Below are positions 39,069-49,100 of a DNA stretch of 64,000 nt, in pieces. The position numbers and the translations under genes are program-made. The stretch covers positions 2,176,001-2,240,000 of the forward strand of contig OZ245003.1 of assembly GCA_965223425.1 (NCBI GenBank). The letters are read 5' to 3'. Within the stretch, counting starts at the first letter, position 1. Each line of letters opens with the position of its first letter. The notes under the pieces were generated by a model. It ran no database searches, was not told where the DNA came from, and worked only from the letters and a program-made list of their open reading frames with translations. Origin of the DNA: Nitrosopumilus sp. GTDB taxonomy: Archaea; Thermoproteota; Nitrososphaeria; Nitrososphaerales; Nitrosopumilaceae.

Positions 39069-41396
39069 ATGGAACCAAAAATATCAGAAAAAGCATGGAA
39101 TCCAGAGTTAGAAAAAAAAATACTCAAGCAATGGGAGGAAGATAAAATTTATGACTTTGTTCCACAAGAAAGCAATTTTACCATAGATACGCCGCCACCT
39201 TATCCTTCAGGCAGGCCATGGCACATTGGAGCGGCAGCACATTATTCACAGATTGATATGATTGCAAGAACGGCAAGAATGGCGGGGAAAAATGTCTATT
39301 TTCCAATAGGAATCGACAGAAACGGACTCCCGGTAGAGCTGTACACTGAAAAAAAACACAAAATCAGAATGAGGGAGACAGACAGGGGAGAATTTCTGAA
39401 TCTATGTAAAGAAGCATTAGACGGTTTGGAAGATGAAATGATCCTAATTATGAAAAACCTGGGAATTAGCGGGGATTTTTCAAACTACTACAGAACAGAT
39501 TCAGAAGAATACAGAACGCTAACACAATCAACATTCATCGAGTTATGGAAAAAAGATCAGGTGTATCTAGCAAACAGACCTAACAACTATGATTGGGTGT
39601 CAGGGACAACAATTGCAGATGCAGAGATAACATACGAAGATCGGGCGACAAAGTTAGTCTATATGAAATTCAAAATAAAAGACACAGATCAGGAAATTAT
39701 TATTGCAAGTACGAGACCCGAACTAATTTGTGCATGTAAAACAGTTATTGTGAATCCAGAAGACAGGAGATACACAAAACATATCGGAAAAAAGATAATT
39801 GTTCCAATAATGAATGCGGAAGTAGAACTAAGAACACATCATTCTGCTCAACAAGAATTCGGATCAGGGGCAGTAATGGTATGTAGTTATGGTGATCAAA
39901 ACGACGTAGCATTATTCAGAGAGTTAGGATTAGAAGAAATCGTTGCAATTGGATTAGATGGTAAAATGACAGAAGTTGCAGGGGAATATGCAGGATTAAA
40001 GCCAAAACAGGCAAGAACAAGGATCACCGAAGATCTAGAAACAAACGGATTTGTAGAAAAAATTGAAGACATTGTTCACAGAACCCCGGTTTCAGAGAGA
40101 AGTAAAAATCCAATTGAGATCATTCCAATGGAGGAATATTATATTAAACAAAAAGAATCAATTGGAAAAATGAAAAAGTTGGGACAGGAAATTACATTTC
40201 ATCCTAGCATGCACAAACAAATTCTAATGAATTGGCTGGAATCTATCAACATTGACTGGCCCATATCAAGAAGAAGATACTATGGTACTGAAATCCCAAT
40301 ATGGTACTGCAAAAATTGCTCAGAGCCTTACGTTCCTGAGCCAGGAAAGTACTACAAACCATGGAATGAAAAATGCCCTATTACTAATTGCCCAAAATGT
40401 GGTTCCGGCGAATTTGTTGGCGAGGAGAGAACATTTGACACGTGGATGGATTCTAGTGTATCACCACTTTTTGTTAGTAAGTTTAACAAAGATGATGGCT
40501 TTTTCAAAAAGGTCTATCCTGCTTCAATCAGACCTCAAGCAAAAGATATTGTTAGAACATGGTTGTATTATACACTTTTGAGATGTGAGCAGCTCACGGG
40601 AAAGAAACCATGGTCTGAAGCTTGGATTATGGGATATGGCCTTGATGAGAAAGGGACGAAGATGAGCAAGAGCAAGGGAAATGCGATAGATCCTTTGCCG
40701 GTCATTGAAAAACTAGGTGCGGACACTTTTAGATTTTGGAGCGCAAGCGAAACTAATCACGGATATGACTTTAGGTGCAACGAACAAAAAATCGAATCTA
40801 CAAAAAAATTCCTCAGCAAGTTGTGGAATGTGTCAAGATTCCTGTCTGGTTTTCCTGTAATTGAGTCAGGAACGCCTAGTGGCGCATCAGACAGGTGGAT
40901 ACTAGCAGAGCTGGACTGCCTGGTAAAAGAATGCAACAGGGGATATAACGAATACAACTTTTTCATTCCTGCAATTGCAATTAGAGAGTTTACGTGGAAT
41001 GTATTTGCAGCCCACTATATCGAAATGATCAAAGCAAGGGCTTGTGGAATTAATTTTTCTGATGAGGAAAGAGACGGGGCGATCTATACCCTGCACAAAA
41101 CATTATCAACAATTTTAAAATTATTAGCGCCGATAACCCCGTTTATCACTGAACACCTCTGGAGAATCCTGTATTCAGAACAAAGCATTCACAAGCAAAA
41201 GCGTGTGGAAGCTGAAAATATCGAGGCTCAGGGCAACATCACAAAAGAGATTACGGGGTTTAATTCCAAAGTATGGAACAAGAAAAGATCCCGGAGTTTG
41301 TCACTGAAAGATCCAATTGAAATTGAAATTCCTGAAAGCATGGAACCGTTCAAAAAAGACCTAAAAGCTATGCATAATTTGGCAGACTGGGCCTAA
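39069..41396 (+). CDS. valS: Valine--tRNA ligase
   Basis: DTPPPYPSG..HIG, DWPISRRRYYG and KMSKSKGN motifs. Confidence 0.95.
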   Translation: MEPKISEKAWNPELEKKILKQWEEDKIYDFVPQESNFTIDTPPPYPSGRPWHIGAAAHYSQIDMIARTARMAGKNVYFPIGIDRNGLPVELYTEKKHKIRMRETDRGEFLNLCKEALDGLEDEMILIMKNLGISGDFSNYYRTDSEEYRTLTQSTFIELWKKDQVYLANRPNNYDWVSGTTIADAEITYEDRATKLVYMKFKIKDTDQEIIIASTRPELICACKTVIVNPEDRRYTKHIGKKIIVPIMNAEVELRTHHSAQQEFGSGAVMVCSYGDQNDVALFRELGLEEIVAIGLDGKMTEVAGEYAGLKPKQARTRITEDLETNGFVEKIEDIVHRTPVSERSKNPIEIIPMEEYYIKQKESIGKMKKLGQEITFHPSMHKQILMNWLESINIDWPISRRRYYGTEIPIWYCKNCSEPYVPEPGKYYKPWNEKCPITNCPKCGSGEFVGEERTFDTWMDSSVSPLFVSKFNKDDGFFKKVYPASIRPQAKDIVRTWLYYTLLRCEQLTGKKPWSEAWIMGYGLDEKGTKMSKSKGNAIDPLPVIEKLGADTFRFWSASETNHGYDFRCNEQKIESTKKFLSKLWNVSRFLSGFPVIESGTPSGASDRWILAELDCLVKECNRGYNEYNFFIPAIAIREFTWNVFAAHYIEMIKARACGINFSDEERDGAIYTLHKTLSTILKLLAPITPFITEHLWRILYSEQSIHKQKRVEAENIEAQGNITKEITGFNSKVWNKKRSRSLSLKDPIEIEIPESMEPFKKDLKAMHNLADWA

Positions 41397-41485
41397 CATG
41401 CCTGCAAAATGCCATTTGTGATCAGATATCAGGCTCTTCTGCAAAGATAGTCACTGTTTTGTTCCCTCTCTTTCCCCTTTTCCTA

Positions 41486-41750
41486 CTACTTGCCATACAC
41501 GTCAGCACCGTACTCCGCATCGCGCAGCTGCTCCATGAGCGCCGTGTGCCCTGCCATCTTTTCGGCAAACGCGTTGCACAGCCTGTTGTTGACGTCAGTG
41601 CAGGCAGTGCCGGTGCTGTGTGCGGGACCCTCAAGGTAGTACCACGTGCCGTACGAGTTTTTCGTCCAGGTGTAACCGAACTGGTCAGTCCACACGTCGC
41701 TTGTCTTGTATGTCCGCACCAGCTCGTGGGTTACGGTGTCAGATGGGAGG
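41486..41750 (-). pseudogene. Orphan 3' end of a giant-gene-1-type surface protein
   Basis: High nucleotide identity to 13955-14220 (THELVRT...DVWTDQ.GYTWTKNSYGTW...EQLRDAEYG). Confidence 0.85.
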
Positions 41751-42006
41751 ACGGCTTGTTTCTTTGGCATTAAATTCAGGATATGGCAAGAGGGTTCCCG
41801 AATCATTCTCATTTGAGATGTGTCATCGCCTCCAGGCACATTGAAGACAACAATACTGTCATGACCGACTGCGAAAGCTATAACACCAAGCCCTGGCCGC
41901 AATTGCAGGATCCGGATACGTTGAAGATTCTCCAATCTCACCTGGCAGTTAGCCGTGCAGCTGGCCGTTCTGTCCTTGATTGGGCGGGGTGTCGTTGTTA
42001 TTGGCG

Positions 42007-43138
42007 TAGTGAATTGGATTAACAATCGGTCACAAAACAGACAACATTGTTTTATCACAAGATCTAGATCCCAGTGTATGGCAGAATCCGCATGAAATAC
42101 AACAATTCTGCAATACCGGCAGACAGAAGGTTCCTGTCCGGCGTCTCCAGTGTGCGCCTGCGCAGCATGCACAAAAAGGAGACAGATCCCAGGGCCGCAG
42201 CAAGGCTGCTGGCATATGCCATGCGCAAGGAGGGCATGTCCATACGCCAGATATGCAGGGCCCTCAACAGGTCATATTCCACAGTACGGGACTGGCTTGT
42301 GCGCGCCGCACAGCTTGGCACCTACGGCAGGTACGACATCAAAAACAAAGGCGCGCCAAACAAGCTCGATCCGGAACAGACAAAGCAGCTGCGCGCAGAC
42401 CTGCTGGCAGGCCCGCGCAGTTGCGGGTTCGAGTCCGGAGTGTGGACGGCACCGCTGCTGGCCGCACACATCAGAAAAAAGTTCGGCGTGCAGTATGCCA
42501 CTGTCAGCATATATGACATACTGCACAGGATGGGCTTTTCGTGCAGAAAGCCGCGTCCAAAGCACCCAAAATCAGCCTCAGAATCAGAGAAAAAAGAGTT
42601 TAAAAAAAAAGCAGAGGAGATAATCCGGAGCCATCCAGACCATACGGTGATTACAGTTGATGAGGCCTCCTTTATCATTGGGTGGAATACCAAGAACGGG
42701 TGGTACCTCAAGGGCAAGCCCGTCACCACTCCAGTCAGCCTGTCGCGCAAAAGGTTCTACTCGTTTGGGGCGCTGTACGACGGCGGCTTTGACTGCAGGT
42801 TCTATGCCAAGGCCAACAGCTACAGCTTTGTGGACATGCTCGGACACCTGCATCTCAAGCACGGCAAGATCATCGTCTTTCTTGATAACGCATCATACCA
42901 CAAGTCAAAGATGGTCAATGATTTTGTCGACTCGTATGACGGCGACATAGTCCTTGTTTACTTGCCCGTGTACACCCCGGAGCTGAATACCACGGAGGGG
43001 CAGTGGAGGCTGTTAAGAAGGGCCACTGCAAACGTGATGTATGAAAGCACAAAGGTGATGAAGGAATCCATATGGACAATGCTGGATAGACGTGAGGTCA
43101 AGATAACAAGAATGAGCGGTTATTTATCCTAGTCACTA
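42007..43138 (+). mobile_element. IS630-family element, copy 2
   Basis: Ends TAGTGAATTGGAT / ATCCTAGTCACTA, flanked by CG on both sides. Confidence 0.92.
42074..43132 (+). CDS. IS630-family transposase (intact, 352 aa)
   Basis: HTH plus DDE (VDEA, LDNASYH, PELNTTE). Confidence 0.95.
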   Translation: MYGRIRMKYNNSAIPADRRFLSGVSSVRLRSMHKKETDPRAAARLLAYAMRKEGMSIRQICRALNRSYSTVRDWLVRAAQLGTYGRYDIKNKGAPNKLDPEQTKQLRADLLAGPRSCGFESGVWTAPLLAAHIRKKFGVQYATVSIYDILHRMGFSCRKPRPKHPKSASESEKKEFKKKAEEIIRSHPDHTVITVDEASFIIGWNTKNGWYLKGKPVTTPVSLSRKRFYSFGALYDGGFDCRFYAKANSYSFVDMLGHLHLKHGKIIVFLDNASYHKSKMVNDFVDSYDGDIVLVYLPVYTPELNTTEGQWRLLRRATANVMYESTKVMKESIWTMLDRREVKITRMSGYLS

Positions 43139-43143
43139 CGTCC

Positions 43144-46100
43144 CTAGTTTAGCAGCCCGCGCTGCCCGAGGTACGACAGCGCTGCGACAAACTCCTGCGC
43201 AGTCAGGCCATCACCGCCGTCATCTGCATCGAGGAACCACTTTGCTGTCTGCTTAAAGTATGGGGGGATGCTGGTGCCCTCTATTCCGAACTGGGCTAAA
43301 AGCTGCGAGTCAGATGCGGACTGGGACGCAAATCCGCCCCACTGCTTTAGGGTGTCAAGCTGTTCTGCGGTAAAGCCCTGTCGTGGTTGTTGTGGTTGTG
43401 GTTGCTGCTTGTCTGCAGTGTCAGCTGCGGTGCCGTTGCCAGCGGTGGTGGTGGTTGTTGTGGTTGTGCCGTTGCCGCTACCAGTGGCTGGGGTGGCAGT
43501 ACTGCTGCTGCTACTGCTGCCGCCGCCTCCGCCTCCGCCACTGCTGCCGCTGCCGCCACTGCTGCTGCCGCCTTTCCTTCCCTCAGACACCACAAGGGCG
43601 TCCTCAAGGTGGATGTAAAGCGCGTTTCTGCTGGTGTCCCACAGGCGGTACAGCACGTCAGAGAGCGGGACCTTCTTGGCAAAGGTTATGGCAAACTCAA
43701 ACTGCGCCTTTGTGGCGTCGATGGCAGACGCATCCACAGTGGCGCTGGCAATAAGGCCGTGCGGATCAGTTATCCGGACGTTGCCCGAATCGTATGTCAC
43801 GTGGGTTTCCGTGCCGTCGTTGTGTATTGTCCTGCCGTTGTGGGCGACAAACATGTCGACGTGCCGCACGTTTTGCGCCCCGCCGTTCTCGTATACTGTG
43901 AGGGTGCTGAGAAGCCTCTCGCCGCTGCCTGCGCGTATCGTGGCAGTGTGGGGCGAGTCAATCGTGTCAGGGCCGTACTTTACTCCGTCGTATACCAGGG
44001 GGTACTGGCCCGCATCAAAGCCCGTGCGGATTGAGGGGGCAGAGACGTCTCCGCTGCTGCCACCGCCGGATCTGCCCACCTCGACTTTTATGATGGCAGG
44101 TTCGGCTGAGCGTCCGTCGTTGCGATCTGTGCAGGAGTACTTTATCTCGTAGGTGACGCGCTGGTCGGTCTTGATTTGGTTCCGTATATCCGATATGTCA
44201 TTTATCGTATCAATTGACGTTTGGTTGTTGCCGAACAGCAGTTGCACCTCGATTCTGTCATTAATGGTGCCTTCCTGCGGATCCGTGCAGGTGGCGTTCA
44301 AGTTTATGTTATTGATCATGTCAGATGACGCCCCAATTGGCAGGGATACGAGGTTAGGGCCGTCAAGTGCGAGCTTGGGCTTTTCTTCTGTGACTGTGAC
44401 TTCCCTGGTCAGGGTCTCTGACGTGTCTCCGTCAGAGTCCAGGCAGTGGTACGTGATGGCGTATGTGCCGGGGACGGAGGTGCGTACGGTGTCGCCGCCT
44501 GTCTTCAGTTCAGGATAGCCTTCAGCGTCGGCGTCCTCGCTGTCCGTGCAGGTGGCACCGGGATCATCGTACAGTGGATCCTCCTCCCCCGGTAGACTCT
44601 CTTTTACCGTTACTGTGGAATTGCCGTTAAGCGTAATGGTTGGTGGCGTGTTGGAAGGAGGAGAAGGTGGTGGAGGTGGTGCAATCACTGATGCCTCACC
44701 CACAGTTACCGTCTCTGTGATTGTGTGGGTGTTTGGCGGAACGGCCGAGTCAGAGACGCTGTACTGTACGGTGTAGCTTCCGACTGCAGGCTGGGTGTTG
44801 TCAATGGAGTCGATCTCGTTTTCGGCAGTGATGATGGTGGCAGCATCGCCGGTGCCGTTATAGTACCTTGTCCCCTGGTCGGTCGGAGGGCTGTCAGCCT
44901 CTATGATGTTGCCTATCGTGCCCTCCGTGTAGGTCTGGCCTTCTGTTAGGGACGTCGCAAAGTCGACTGCGTTGCCGTCTACCGTAAAGGTTGGAGGCGT
45001 GGTGTCAGGTGTACCGTCCGGTAGCTGGTTTACATTGGTTATGGTCATGGTGTGCTGTGCAGAGCCTGGAGCGTTTTTGTTGTCAGTTACATCCAGCGTG
45101 ATGACTAGCCGGGTGTCTTTTGTGACATTAGGCGCCGTAAATGATGCAGTTGCCTGAGAGGGGTTTGTTATTGTGATGGACGTGTCGTTGGTGGTCCATG
45201 CGTATGATGATATGGTGCCGTCAGTGTCTGTCGAGCCGGTCCCGTCAAGGGTTACTGTTGCTCCCTCGTCTGCGGTGGCAGGCGCGCTGATTCTCGCAGT
45301 CGGGGTGACGTTGTCATCCGGCGGTGCAGTCGCAGTAGCCACGGTTATGGTTTCCTCGATTTCAAAGTTGATCGGATTTGACACGTCGTCGCGGCCAGAG
45401 ACGGCATACGTCACGCTCCAGGTTCCCGCCTGGAGCGTTGTTCCGTTAAAGGGAACAGCAGTCTCTTGCCCTGTTGTATCGCGATACTTTGTGCTGTTGA
45501 CTGGATTCTTGATATTCGTAATGTCTAGGATTGCGTATGGCTCGTAGACATCAGAGGTGGTGATGTCAGTTGCAAAGTCGGCGATGTTCCCGTTTACGGT
45601 GAATCCGTACACGCTGACTGGCCTTGATATGGTGTCAGACCGGAGGCCGCCAGAATCCGTGCAGGAGTACGTCACCGTGTGGTTGCCAAGAACGGCCGTG
45701 TCAAGTGCGGTGGCATCCACGTCGATTCCCTCGTCTGTGCGTCCGTCCTGGCCATCAATGCAGAAGGCGCCGGGATCGGCATCTGCAAAGGCGGCTCCGG
45801 CCGGAACAAACAGTGTCAGGGGCGGCGACTTTAGCACTATGTGAGGCGGCGTGTTGTCAGTTGTGGCAGCCCGGATTGTGACTGTCACGTTGTGCTCTAC
45901 TGTGTTGCCGTCAGAGTCTGAGCAGGAGTACGTTATATCGTAGGTGCCTGCAGAGGAGGTGTCTATTTCGTCGACTGGCTGGCCTCCAGACGAGATGGCA
46001 GTTAGAATCCCGGTGTTGGTGATGTCGCCGTCTTTGTGGTCTGTGCAGGATGCTGCGGGGATGCTGTATGATGCGTTGATTGCAAGCGTGACTGCGGTGT

Positions 46101-49100
46101 CTGCGGGCGTTACTGCAAGCACGGGGGCTGCAGGACCGAAATCCCAGGTGACTGTGACGGTATTAGATGGATTGCCGGCAGCATCCGTGCAGGAGTACGT
46201 TATGGTATGGGTGCCAGCAGACGAGGTGTCCACCGTGGCAGGATCAAGGGTAATTGCAGGGGTATCGTCCCTGTTGTCCGTGCAGGATACTGCGGACTGC
46301 AGGCCGCCGCCGTCACCTGCTGCTGCAAAGCCGACATCCTGCCGTACGACATGCGTGCCGTTTGCCAGGGTGGTCACTATGCCGGGGTTTACTGCAAGCA
46401 CGGGTGGCGTGTTGTCAGGCGTGCCTACATGAAGCGTCCTGCTGGTTTCTGCGTCGTTGCCTTTAGAGTCCGAACATGTGTAGGTTATCGTGTGCTCTCC
46501 TGCGGTGTCTTGGTACCCGTCAGGGAGGGAAGAGTTGGTAAAAGTCAGATAAAATGCGGCGTTTAGAAGTTCCATCTGGGATTCGAGAGGAGCGTCAGTG
46601 CATGTGGCAGTATCATCAAATGTCTCGCCTATCTCCAGATCCACGTCGCGTGGCCCGTTTAGTCGGATTTCAGGAGGGGTTTCATCACGCAGGGCTACGG
46701 TCCTGCCCTCCTCTACGGATCCAAGCGGGGTGACACACCTGTATATTACCTCCTGCGGATCAAATGGGCGGTACTCGTTTTGGGATTGGTGGGTAAAATT
46801 AAGAACGGTATTTTCATGAAGGTTGACATCTACGCCTAGCCTCTCACCATCTACGGTCTGGTTTAGCTGCCGCAGGTACGGCAGGGTTTCATAGTCGCCG
46901 GTGTCAGTTATGTCGTTTCCGTCTGCGTCATGGCACAGGACGCCCTCGTCGGTGTACGGTTCCCCGTACGGGTGGTATAGGAAGGCATCGCCGATCAGGT
47001 GGATGTGAAGACCTGCAGGATGTCCCGCAGTAGCGGTGACAGTTGCAGTAGCTAACGCGTTGCCTGCCGCATCTGAGACGCTCCCTGCAGCGGCATCGTA
47101 CGTTACGTCAGGCGTTGCGTCACTGGGCATGACCGGTTTTTGCAGCGTCAGGGTTGCAGTGCTGCGGGTACCGTCAAGGCCGGTGACTGTAATGACTGTG
47201 TTGTAGTTGTCATTGTTGTCTCCCAGCGATACACTCCAGCCGACAAAGTCATCAGAGGCGCCGCTGCGGACAGCCTCAGAGAAGGTGACGTCTATCTGGT
47301 TTGAGGCAGGACCCGTCCTGGCAGAGACCAGCGTAGGGGCAACGCCGTCAGACAGCGTTTGGCCGACAACTGGAACCAGCGAGATGTCAGGCACGTGGGC
47401 ATCGGTAATTCCCGCGCCGATATCCACGGTGCCTGTCGCATCAGTCGCTGTTGTTGCTGTTGTTGTTGCCGTTGTATCAGAGGGGGAATATGAGACGGTG
47501 TGAGTTGCAGTCCCGGTGCCGGCCACCACACCGACTGTCTGCCCCCTGCCGTCAATTACAAGGTTGGTGTAATCGGTGCTGTTTCCGTGTACTGCCTTGT
47601 TATACACTATTTCAAACTGCGTCGCGCTGACCACGCTGGCAGACACTATAGCAGGCGTACCCACGCCTGCAAGCACCGTTACTGCCACCGTGTCACGGTC
47701 TGCGTTGCCTGTTTCGTCACTTACCGTCAGCGTGAACTCCAGTACGATGGGGGGCCCCGAGTCTGCCACTGCAGGTGCTATGAACGCCGGTTTTTGCAGG
47801 GTGTGATCATCCAGTGCCACGTTCCCCGGGCCTCCAGTCTGCTCCCACAGGTATGCCAGGGTGTCGCCGTTTGCGTCATACGAGCCGGTGCCGTCAAGGG
47901 ACACTGCCGTGTTCGTATATGCAAAGACGTCAGGGCCTGCCCTTGCCACAGGCAGGGTGTTTTGGACCTCACGCAGCCCAAATGACCCGAGCTGGTTTGG
48001 GAGGGCCCCGGGATCAAAGGGTTTGGCAGGGGGCGCCAGAGCGTACCCTTTTACTGCGGGCGTCAGGCCGGATACCGAATCAGGAAAGTCATCGCCTGCG
48101 CTCTCATCTAGCACGAACATGCTGGTGCCGTCAGCGGAGAAGGCCACGTCAGAGGGCTCAAACGGCAGTTCCACGTCAACAAAGGACAGGGAACCGGGGG
48201 GGAGGACGCTGAATACGGACGGCCCTGGGCTGAATGATCCCGCGTGTGCGGCACTTGAGATGTTCCAGGCCTCTGAAAGCGCAAACTCGTTTATGAGGTT
48301 TTTATCAGGCACTGCCACGAACATGCGGGAGCCGTCAGCGGAGAAGGCGATGCCTGCAGTGACATCTGCAGCGTCTGCCCGGGGGCCCTGCGCAGAGATG
48401 CTGTGCGGCGTCAGGAAGGCAGAGGAGGCGTTCCACGCATCAGTAAGGGAGAACTCGTGTATCTGGTCGTTGCGGTCACTTGCGATGTACATGGTGGTAC
48501 CGTCCGGCGAGAAGGCAATGCCGCGCAGATCCGTGTTGGGCCCGATGCCGGACAGGGATAAAGAGTGGGCAGTGTACGAGGAAAAGGATTCAGCAGAGGC
48601 GTTCCACGGGGAGGAGAACGCAAACTCGTGGATGACAGAGCCGTCCAGCGCGTCTGTGGCAAACAGCCTGGTGCCGTCATCAGAGAAGGCCAGGCCCGCC
48701 ATGTAAGTTTCGGGGTTCACCGTGACGGTGCTGTTGACTGGAATGGGAGGTATCAGCGATGACAGCGGGGTGGTGTATGCGTGGGATGCGCCGGATGTGT
48801 CCCACGGGGCAGGCAAACCGTATGCGTGCAGGTTGTTAAAAAAGTCAAGCACAAAAATTGTTGTGCCGTCCTTGGAGAGGGTCATGGCGACTGGAAAGTC
48901 TGCCTGCTGGCCGATCGGAACAGAGCCGGCAAGCGTGGTGCCCCCTGAGAGGTCGTTTATGGTGCCGCCTGAACCGGTGCCCGAGCCGATGGAGCCGCCC
49001 TTTTGGTATGAGACCTTTACGTCCTGGTTTCCGTGCAGCGTGCCGTTTAGGAGGAGCGTGATGCGGGAGCCGTCAACTGACACGGAGGCAGCATGCGGGG

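Noticed and set aside
40600-41396. Apparently GC-richer 3' ends of valS and pdxT suggesting recombinational import with the island
   Set aside because: Visual impression only; needs sliding-window GC and phylogenetic tests
41486-41750. DGR template/variable repeat pair with 13955-14220
   Set aside because: No reverse transcriptase in the window, and differences are not restricted to adenines and include indels
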